From an uncultured Acidobacteriota bacterium (GTDB lineage Bacteria > Acidobacteriota > Vicinamibacteria > Fen-336), in the NCBI GenBank assembly GCA_964442185.1, contig CAYTWT010000257.1, forward strand, positions 97,979 through 161,978: a stretch of 64,000 bases of DNA. The letters run 5' to 3'. The translations under genes were made by a program, and so were the position numbers. This document shows, piece after piece, positions 44,795 to 52,130 of this stretch (the first letter of the stretch is position 1; every line of letters starts with the position of its first letter). The notes under the pieces are model-generated. The model worked only from the letters and a program-made list of their open reading frames with translations. It had not been told where the DNA came from and ran no database searches.

Positions 44795-45749
44795 GGCGCT
44801 CGGGGGCCCGGAGCTCAGCCTTGCGGATCCGGTAGAGCAGGTCTTCGAGCAGCTTGCGGTTGCTCGCGATCAGGTCGGCCATGATCCCCCACTGCAGGGT
44901 CTGGAAGCCGAGGATCAAGAGCAGCACCGAGAGGATCGCGGACTGCAGGTGGCCGCGGATGTCGCCCAGCCACCAGAAGTAGGCGTAGCGCAGGCCCAGC
45001 AGGGCGCCGGCGGAGAACAGCGTCGATCCGAGCAGGACGAAGACCTTGAAGGGCTCGTACATCGCGTAGATGCGGAGGATCGTGGCGCCGCTGCGCTTCA
45101 CGTAGTCCCAGGTGGAAGAGAACAACCGCGACGGTCGCGTCTGCTTCGCCTCGATCGGCAGATGGGCGACCGCCATCTTTTTCTTGCCGGCCTGGATGAT
45201 CGACTCGAGCGTGTAGGTGAACTCGCTCACGATGTTGATGCGCAAGGCGGCGTCGCGCGTCAAGGCACGGAACCCGCTGGTCGTGTCCGGCACGTCGGTG
45301 CCAGAGACCTTGCGCACGACCCAGGATCCCAGCTCTTGCAGGCGGCGCTTGCCCCACGAGAAGTGGGCCACCTCGCTCACACGCCGATCGCCGATCACCA
45401 TGTCCGCTTCGCCGGCCAGGATCGGTGCGATCAGCAGCGGAATATCCGCCGCCGGATACTGGTTGTCCGCGTCGGTGTTCACGATGATGTCGGCGCCCAG
45501 GTGCACGCAGCTATCGAGGCCGGCCATGAAGACGTAGGCAAGGCCCCTACGTTTCGGGAACCGGACGACGTGGTCGGCGCCGTGTTCCCTGGCGACGGCG
45601 CTGGTCCGATCCGTGGAGCCGTCATCGATTACCAGCACCTCGACCGCGTCGATGCCGGGAATCTGTCGTGGGATCGAACGCAGCGCCTCGGGAAGTGTCG
45701 CTTCCTCGTTGAGACACGGGATCTGCACGATGAGTTTCACGCGCCGCAA
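44787..45749 (-). CDS. GT2 polyprenyl-phosphate glycosyltransferase (GtrB-like)
   Basis: LIVQIPCLNEEATL...VLVIDDGSTDRTS...NTDADNQYP plus C-terminal TM helices. Confidence 0.8.
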   Translation of the reverse strand: MRRVKLIVQIPCLNEEATLPEALRSIPRQIPGIDAVEVLVIDDGSTDRTSAVAREHGADHVVRFPKRRGLAYVFMAGLDSCVHLGADIIVNTDADNQYPAADIPLLIAPILAGEADMVIGDRRVSEVAHFSWGKRRLQELGSWVVRKVSGTDVPDTTSGFRALTRDAALRINIVSEFTYTLESIIQAGKKKMAVAHLPIEAKQTRPSRLFSSTWDYVKRSGATILRIYAMYEPFKVFVLLGSTLFSAGALLGLRYAYFWWLGDIRGHLQSAILSVLLLILGFQTLQWGIMADLIASNRKLLEDLLYRIRKAELRAPERRG

Positions 45750-45776
45750 ACGGTAGCACAGGGGTGTTTTCGGCCG

Positions 45777-46703
45777 TTAACTGCGCTGTCGACGCTGGAG
45801 GGCCCCGCGCCAGCCCGAATAGGCGCGGAACTGCCGCAGGTTATCGAGGATCGCCGCCGCCTGGTTCCGGCCGGTTGGGCGCTTCGGGAGCAGCGCCTCG
45901 CTGGCGCGGACCGCGCCCGCCGCCGCGGGCGTTTCCGGGGCGAGTGCCGGCGGGAGTGAGCGGAAGCCATCGTCCGTCGGGACACCCGCCGCGAAGACGG
46001 CGATTGAGCCCGCGAGCGTCAGAAACGACGAGCCCGAGGCGCCCTTGCCCAGCTCGAAGGCCCACGGGTCGATCTCGATGGGGGTCGGGTCTTCCCGCCA
46101 GTAAAGGTGAAAACGGTAACCGGCCTCAAGGGTTGCGGTGCGGATCGTCTTGCGCGCAGTGGCCCGCGCCTGGTACTCGCGGACGATCGGCCCGCGCACG
46201 ATCAGGAGCAGGTCTTTCGCCTCGACCGAAAGCCGAGCGTCGCCGAATCGCAGCCACAGTGCTTCAGCCGCGGCCGCCCCCCCCAGCGCGAGGCGCGGCG
46301 TTTCGGCCGCGCGCGTTTCGGCCTCGGGGATGGCGAGCGCTCTCACGCCCAGCGTCACCAGCCTTGCCGCTTCGGCCTCGGCCTCCGGGAGCGTCAGGAC
46401 GCGATGCAGTTGGGCGCCGCCGCGCCGCAGCCGCTGGTCGGCCTCGTAGGCTGTGAGGCCCAGGGCGCGGGCCAGAAGCGGCGCCGCGATGCCCAGGGCC
46501 TCGAACACCACCAAGCCGCGCTCGAGGTGTTTCGCCGCTGCCGGCACGCCCGGGACTCCAAGCGCCTGTGCGGCCGCGCTGGCGCTCTCCTGCGCCGCGG
46601 CCGAGAGCCCTGCGCCGCAGTAGAGGCAGCGGGCCTGCGCCACGGCGACCGGCCTTCGGCAAGAAGGGCAGCTAGACGTTGAAGCGGAAGTTGATGACAT
46701 CTC
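45777..46703 (-). CDS. Hypothetical protein with an N-terminal CPxC...CxxC zinc ribbon
   Basis: SCPSCRRPVAVAQARCLYCGAGL. No recognisable domain beyond that. The start is ambiguous (ATG 46754 or 46703). Confidence 0.5.
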   Translation of the reverse strand, partial: EMSSTSASTSSCPSCRRPVAVAQARCLYCGAGLSAAAQESASAAAQALGVPGVPAAAKHLERGLVVFEALGIAAPLLARALGLTAYEADQRLRRGGAQLHRVLTLPEAEAEAARLVTLGVRALAIPEAETRAAETPRLALGGAAAAEALWLRFGDARLSVEAKDLLLIVRGPIVREYQARATARKTIRTATLEAGYRFHLYWREDPTPIEIDPWAFELGKGASGSSFLTLAGSIAVFAAGVPTDDGFRSLPPALAPETPAAAGAVRASEALLPKRPTGRNQAAAILDNLRQFRAYSGWRGALQRRQRS

Positions 46704-47751
46704 CGTCGCGAACGACGTAGTCCTTGCCCTCGAGGCGCAAGCTGCCCTTCTCACGACAAGCCGCGAGCGACCCCGCGCCGATCAGATCGTCGAAGGCGAC
46801 CACCTCGGCCCGGATAAAGCCGCGCTCGATGTCGGAGTGGATCTCGCGCGCCGCTGGCTGCGCCTTGGTGCCCTTGCGGAGCGTCCAGGCGCGGCACTCG
46901 TCCTCGCCAGCCGTCAGGAACGAGATCAGGCCGAGCAGCGCGTAGGAGGTGCGGATCACTCGATCGAGCCCCGGCTCTTCGAGGCCGAGGTCCTCGAGAA
47001 AGGCCTTCGCATCCTCGGGGGAGAGCTCCGACATCTCGCTCTCGATCGTGGCTGAGACTGGGCACAGCGCCAGATGCGGGCGGCTCGCCACGAAGCCCAC
47101 CAGGCCGGAGGCGTCCAGGAAGGCCGCGGCGTTCTTGATCTGGTTTTCGCCCATGTTGATGGCGAGCAGCACGGGCTTTTCCGACAGGAACGAGTAGTTG
47201 CGCAGGCGGCGCCGCTCTTCGTCGTCGAACCCGATATCTCGGAGCGGCCTTTCCGCTTCGAGCGCTTCTTTCAGCTTGAGGAAGATCACCCGTTCCGCGA
47301 CGTCTTCAGCGTGATTGGCCTTCTTGATGCTGGCGCCCAAGCGCTCGAGGCGTTTCTCCACGGCGCCGAGGTCGGCGAGGATCAGTTCGAGGTCGAGCAT
47401 CGACGCGTCACGGAGCGGGTCGACCGAGCCCTCAGGATGGGGAACCACGTCCGACTCGAAGGCCCGCACGACATGGACCAGCGCATCGATGTTCCGCAGC
47501 GCTGGAAGATCCACGAGCTCCGCGCCCTCGCCCTTGGCGACACCGGGAACGTCCACGTACTCGATGCTAGCGAGCGTCTTCTTCTTGGGGCTGTAAAGCT
47601 TCGAGAGGGCCTCGACTCGAGGGTCTGGGACCCTGGCGATCCCTACGCGTGGCTCGGGGCGCCCGGAGGGAGGTGCCTGGGGGGCGCCGGTGAGGAGTTG
47701 GAACAGCGTGCTCTTGCCGACGGAGGAGAGACCGATGATGCCGACTTTCAT
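46672..47751 (-). CDS. ychF: Redox-regulated ATPase YchF (Obg-family GTPase)
   Basis: MKVGIIGLSSVGKSTLF ... C-terminal TGS-like DGDVINFRFNV. Confidence 0.9.
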   Translation of the reverse strand: MKVGIIGLSSVGKSTLFQLLTGAPQAPPSGRPEPRVGIARVPDPRVEALSKLYSPKKKTLASIEYVDVPGVAKGEGAELVDLPALRNIDALVHVVRAFESDVVPHPEGSVDPLRDASMLDLELILADLGAVEKRLERLGASIKKANHAEDVAERVIFLKLKEALEAERPLRDIGFDDEERRRLRNYSFLSEKPVLLAINMGENQIKNAAAFLDASGLVGFVASRPHLALCPVSATIESEMSELSPEDAKAFLEDLGLEEPGLDRVIRTSYALLGLISFLTAGEDECRAWTLRKGTKAQPAAREIHSDIERGFIRAEVVAFDDLIGAGSLAACREKGSLRLEGKDYVVRDGDVINFRFNV

Positions 47752-47814
47752 GCGGGGGGATTATAGCGTCCGGGCCTGGCCGAGGCCGGTGTAGTAACAT
47801 CGTGCAGCCTCAGC

Positions 47815-49350
47815 ATGCTGCTCACGCCGCTCCTGGCAACACTTCTCGCCGCGTCGCAGACGCCTTCGCCGAGCCCCTCTGCGGCGCCGGCCGCCGGGCC
47901 GGTGATCCTCTTCCTGATGGACAACTCGGCCTCGCTCCCGCCCCTCGATCCAGAGGAGAAACGGGTCCAGGCACTCGAGCAGATGTTCGGCTTCTTGCAG
48001 GGCCAGCCCTACCGGTTGATCCTGTTCGGCGGCCGGCGGGAGATCTTCGTCGACGACGCTTCGCGCTACCGGAACAACGGTCAGTGGACGGATTTCTACT
48101 TCGCCTTCGAGGAGGCGCGGGAACTGATGCAGTCGTACCCGAATGGCACCGAGTTTCGCATCGTGCTGCTGACCGACGCGATCGTCGATCCAGGTCCAGA
48201 GGACTGGACCGACATGGGTGTGCCCAGGGGCGAGGACCTGCGCGCGTACTCGATCCAGAAGACGCTGGCGCTGCTGCGCGAACTCAAGGTGTCGCTGTAC
48301 GTGATCCTGGTGGGCGACATTCCCACCCAGGGTGTCGTCCCCGGGGATCCCGAGCAGTCCCCGGCGCTGATCCTCGACATGGTACGCACCGCCAACGGCG
48401 CTTCAGCCTCGCCGCGGGCTCAGACGCTGTCGTCCTTCTTCAAGGACGACGGGTTCCTGTTGAAGAAATTCGTGTATCGCATCGAGCCTCACGAAGGACT
48501 GAGGAAGTTGGAGCCGGTCGTACGTCGGATCGTGGCCGCGCCTCGACCCTCGGTCGAACTCAAGTTTCTATCCGGCCTGATCTTGCCCCTCGCGCTCTTC
48601 ATCCTGTTGCTGCTGGGGATCCTGGTTCGCTCCTTCCCGGGCCCTGGCGATGTCGAGATGATCGAGCTGGCAACGCTCACGCCGGTCCATGTGGCAGTGG
48701 ACAAGCTGCATCGGCTCGAGGACGGCGGCTGGGGAACGACCGGCCTCACGCTGCTCGGCGACGCCCGCGGCGCCGTCGCAACGCTGACCTACCAGGTGCC
48801 GCCGATCGACCTCAGCGGCATCGGCATCGACGCCAACGGCCTCGACGCGGTGACGACGAGGCTGCTGCCCCTGGGCATCGACGAACTGCGCCAGGCGCTC
48901 GAGGACTTCATGGATGGAGGCTCGAAGGACGAGAAGATCTACGCCCTGAATCTCGATTACGTGGCGAAGAACTTCGACTCGGCCGAGGCTGCACGGATCC
49001 TGACCACACCGACCGCGGATCACCGCAAGCTCAAAGCGCTCGATTTCGTGAGGGCAAAGGCCCACCTGATCTCGAACGGCGAGCTGCGTCGCAAGCTCAC
49101 CGAAGCGCGCGTGCATCTCGTCGGCTACGGCAAGGACGCGGAGCGCAAGGACCTGCAACCCGGGGCGCCGGTGCGGATCGGTCGCTACGGCTTCGTGGTC
49201 AAGGAAGTGGCGAAAGGCGGCCGCAAGGATGTCCGTGTCGTGCTCTACTACGACCGCATCCCGTCGCTGCTCGGGCTCAAGAACTGGCTCCCAGACGGCC
49301 TGCAGCGGCTGGTGCGCTTCCGGCGCAGCTCTCAGCGCGTCGTCCGCTAG
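47815..49350 (+). CDS. von Willebrand factor A domain protein with a signal peptide and a central TM helix
   Basis: Signal-like N-terminus, VILFLMDNSASL (MIDAS DxSxS), and a mid-protein hydrophobic helix (LILPLALFILLLLGILV). Confidence 0.65.
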   Translation: MLLTPLLATLLAASQTPSPSPSAAPAAGPVILFLMDNSASLPPLDPEEKRVQALEQMFGFLQGQPYRLILFGGRREIFVDDASRYRNNGQWTDFYFAFEEARELMQSYPNGTEFRIVLLTDAIVDPGPEDWTDMGVPRGEDLRAYSIQKTLALLRELKVSLYVILVGDIPTQGVVPGDPEQSPALILDMVRTANGASASPRAQTLSSFFKDDGFLLKKFVYRIEPHEGLRKLEPVVRRIVAAPRPSVELKFLSGLILPLALFILLLLGILVRSFPGPGDVEMIELATLTPVHVAVDKLHRLEDGGWGTTGLTLLGDARGAVATLTYQVPPIDLSGIGIDANGLDAVTTRLLPLGIDELRQALEDFMDGGSKDEKIYALNLDYVAKNFDSAEAARILTTPTADHRKLKALDFVRAKAHLISNGELRRKLTEARVHLVGYGKDAERKDLQPGAPVRIGRYGFVVKEVAKGGRKDVRVVLYYDRIPSLLGLKNWLPDGLQRLVRFRRSSQRVVR

Positions 49351-49489
49351 ACCCCGGAGCAGCCCTGGGCTCTTGGTGAGCGCCGGCGGGATCGTCGTGA
49401 CCCTCGCCGCGTAGCGTCCGGAGAGCCGCTGCAGGTGATTTGCCGCCCTCCCGCGCCCCCTCTACACTGTCGCTCCGGACCCGACTCGA

Positions 49490-50416
49490 ATGCTTCCACC
49501 CATCCTCGTCGCGGGCCTCGACGGGCGCAGCCTCCTCTTGGAGGCGCCGCTGCTGCGTCGTGAGGGGTACCCCGTCGAGGAGTTGCCCTCGGCGCACGAC
49601 CTGTTCGCGGTGCTGGCCTCCCAGGGCGCCTGCCGGCTCGTGGTCCTGGGCCCGCGCCTGCCGGACCTCAACCTGGCCGAGAGCATTCGCCGGATCCGCA
49701 GCTCCCCGCTGACCCGCCACGTCTCGGTTCTCGCCATCCTGCCCGCGGGCGAACCGGAGGACCTCGACGGCGCGGCCGTCGAAGCCGGGGCCAACGCGGT
49801 GATCCGGCGGCCGCTCGAGCAGGCGCGGCTCGAAGCGTGGCTGGCGAAGCTGCTGGCGGTGCCGCGGCGCGTCGAGGCACGGGTCCCGGTGCAGGGTCAC
49901 GTCGTCGGGACGCCAAAGGCCGCTAGCGGGCATTTCTACGGACTCACGCGCAACCTGAGCGTCAACGGGATGCTGCTCGCGAGCCCGGTGCGCCTCGCCC
50001 ATCCCGACGTCGAGCTGGAGTTCGGCCTGTCAGAGGCGCGCCCGGCGCTGCGCGCCCTGGGCCGGGTCGTGCGGGAGGCTCCGGAGATCGCCTGGCCGTA
50101 TCTCGGCTATGGCGTCGAGTTCCTGTTCATCCCGGAGGAGAGCATCATCAGCATCTCGTCCTTCATCGAGCGCGCCGTGCTCGCCTCGCTCCAGCGCATC
50201 AGCTCGGCGCCGATTCACGCGACGCTGCGGCGGGAGTTCTGGGTCTATGAGATCCTGAAACCGATCCCCGGCCCGGACGGCTGGCAGGCTGAGATCCGGC
50301 GCGCGCCCCGCGAAGCCTGGCGGCCGGGAGCGGCGGGCCCGTTCTACGTCGTTCTGGGCCGCTCGCCTGAAGATGCGCTTGCGCAGGCGCGGGGCTTCAT
50401 CCAGCGCCACGGCTAG
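49490..50416 (+). CDS. REC-like (degenerate receiver) plus PilZ-like domain protein
   Basis: N-terminal CheY-like fold (ILVAGLDGRSLLLEA...VLGPRLPDLN) and a PilZ-like RxxxR / N-x-S-x-x-G segment (GLTRNLSVNGMLL). Confidence 0.5.
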   Translation: MLPPILVAGLDGRSLLLEAPLLRREGYPVEELPSAHDLFAVLASQGACRLVVLGPRLPDLNLAESIRRIRSSPLTRHVSVLAILPAGEPEDLDGAAVEAGANAVIRRPLEQARLEAWLAKLLAVPRRVEARVPVQGHVVGTPKAASGHFYGLTRNLSVNGMLLASPVRLAHPDVELEFGLSEARPALRALGRVVREAPEIAWPYLGYGVEFLFIPEESIISISSFIERAVLASLQRISSAPIHATLRREFWVYEILKPIPGPDGWQAEIRRAPREAWRPGAAGPFYVVLGRSPEDALAQARGFIQRHG

Positions 50417-50417
50417 G

Positions 50418-51425
50418 GTGCCGCGCGTCAGCGTCCTGCTGCCGGTGCGGGACGCTGCCGCGACACTCCCTGAGGCGCTCGCGTCGCTACGCGCGCAGAC
50501 GCTCCCGGATCACGAGGTCGTCGTGATCGACGACGGGTCGCGTGACGGCAGCGGCGAGATTCTGGAAGCCGCGGCCCGCGAGGATTCGCGCCTGCGGGTG
50601 CGTCAGCGCGCGGCTGGGGGTCTCGTCGCGGCGCTCAACGAGGCGCTGCATGCGGCAGCTTCGCCGCTCGTCGCGCGCATGGATGCGGACGACGTCGCGC
50701 ATCCCTCGCGCCTCGAACTCCAGGCGGCTCGGCTTGCCTCGGACGATCGCACCGACGTTCTCGGCTGCCGTGTGCGATGGCTCGGGGAGCCCGCGACCGG
50801 CGCCGAGGGCATGCGTGCCTACGTCGGCTGGCTGAACGGGCTCATCGATCACGACGCCATCGTCCGCGACCTGTTCGTGGAGTCGCCCCTGGCGCATCCC
50901 TCGGTCATGATGCGCACGGCTGCGCTGCGAAGGCTCGGTGGTTATCGCGTCTTTGACGGCCCGGAGGACTACGACCTCTGGCTCCGGGCCTACGAGGCGG
51001 GCCTGCGTTTTGGCAAGTGCCCGGAGACGCTGCTCGACTGGCGTGATCGCGCCGCGCGTCTCACGCGGACGGACCCGCGCTACGGCGTGGAGCGGTTTCG
51101 AGCTCTGAAGGTCGCCGCCCTTGGCCGCGGGCCGCTCGCTGGCGGCCGGCGCTCCGTCGTCTGGGGCGCGGGCCCCGTGGGCAAGGCGCTCGCGCGTGCC
51201 CTCGCGCACGCGGGCCACGCGGTCGCCGCGTTCGTGGAAGTGGACGTGGACAAGATCGGCCAACGGATCCAGGGAGCGCCGGTCGTAGGCCTCGAACGGG
51301 CCCTCCACTTCCCGGGCGCCTTGCACCTGGCGGCCGTGGGTCAGCCGGGCGCGCGAGCCCGGATCCGGGCCGCGGCGGCACGCCTCGGCCTCGCCGAAGG
51401 CCGGGACCTGATCGCTCTCGCCTGA
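50418..51425 (+). CDS. GT2-family glycosyltransferase
   Basis: VSVLLPVRDAAATL...VVVIDDGSRDGS...DADDVAHP. GTG at 50418, 1 nt after the upstream TAG. Confidence 0.7.
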   Translation: MPRVSVLLPVRDAAATLPEALASLRAQTLPDHEVVVIDDGSRDGSGEILEAAAREDSRLRVRQRAAGGLVAALNEALHAAASPLVARMDADDVAHPSRLELQAARLASDDRTDVLGCRVRWLGEPATGAEGMRAYVGWLNGLIDHDAIVRDLFVESPLAHPSVMMRTAALRRLGGYRVFDGPEDYDLWLRAYEAGLRFGKCPETLLDWRDRAARLTRTDPRYGVERFRALKVAALGRGPLAGGRRSVVWGAGPVGKALARALAHAGHAVAAFVEVDVDKIGQRIQGAPVVGLERALHFPGALHLAAVGQPGARARIRAAAARLGLAEGRDLIALA

Positions 51426-51440
51426 GGTGTCGTCTGCCCC

Positions 51441-51452
51441 TTGCTATAATCC
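51441..51452 (+). promoter_or_regulatory. Extended -10 element (TGcTATAAT) directly upstream of nth
   Basis: ttgcTATAAT at 51441-51450 with the GTG codons at 51453-51464. This implies a leaderless or very short-leader transcript. Confidence 0.4.
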
Positions 51453-52130
51453 GTGGCCGTGGTGCGTGCCTCCCTGGACCGCCGGCTCGCCGTGGTCGCA
51501 ACTCGCCTCGCGGCCGTTTACGGCCGGCCGCGCCGGCGGCTCTCCGATCCGCTCAGCGGTCTGGTCGAGACCGTTCTCTCTCAGAACACGAGCGACGTGA
51601 ACAGCGGCCGCGCCTACGCCTCGCTGCGCGCGGCATTCCCGACCTGGGAAGCGCTGGCCGCGGCCCAGCCCGCTCGGATCGAGAGTGTGATCCGCGCGGG
51701 TGGCCTCGCCCGCCTCAAGAGCCGACGCCTCACGGGCTTGCTCGCGGCCGTGAAGCAGCGCGAGGGCCGTTACGATCTGCGCCGCCTGCGCCGTCTCACG
51801 CCGGAGCACGCGGACGCGCGCCTGCGCGGGCTCCCCGGAGTCGGACCCAAGACCCGCGCCTGCGTGTTGCTATTCAACTGCGGCCATCCTGCGTTCCCGG
51901 TGGACACGCATGTCCACCGCGTGAGCCTGCGCCTCGGGCTCTTGCCGCCAAAGACCGATGCCGCGAAGGCTCACCAGCTTCTCGCTCCCGCGGTACCCGT
52001 GGGGCGCCATCTGGATCTGCACCTCAACCTGATCCGGCTGGGACGTGAAGTGTGCCGCGCGCGCGAGCCGCGCTGCGCCGTCTGCCCGCTCGCGTCAGGC
52101 TGCGCGCACGCCCAGCGGCAGGGCGCATGA
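51453..52130 (+). CDS. nth: Endonuclease III (HhH-GPD base-excision glycosylase with a 4Fe-4S cluster)
   Basis: HhH-GPD motif (LPGVGPKTRACVLLF...D) and C-x6-C-x2-C-x5-C (CRAREPRCAVCPLASGC). Confidence 0.85.
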   Translation: MAVVRASLDRRLAVVATRLAAVYGRPRRRLSDPLSGLVETVLSQNTSDVNSGRAYASLRAAFPTWEALAAAQPARIESVIRAGGLARLKSRRLTGLLAAVKQREGRYDLRRLRRLTPEHADARLRGLPGVGPKTRACVLLFNCGHPAFPVDTHVHRVSLRLGLLPPKTDAAKAHQLLAPAVPVGRHLDLHLNLIRLGREVCRAREPRCAVCPLASGCAHAQRQGA

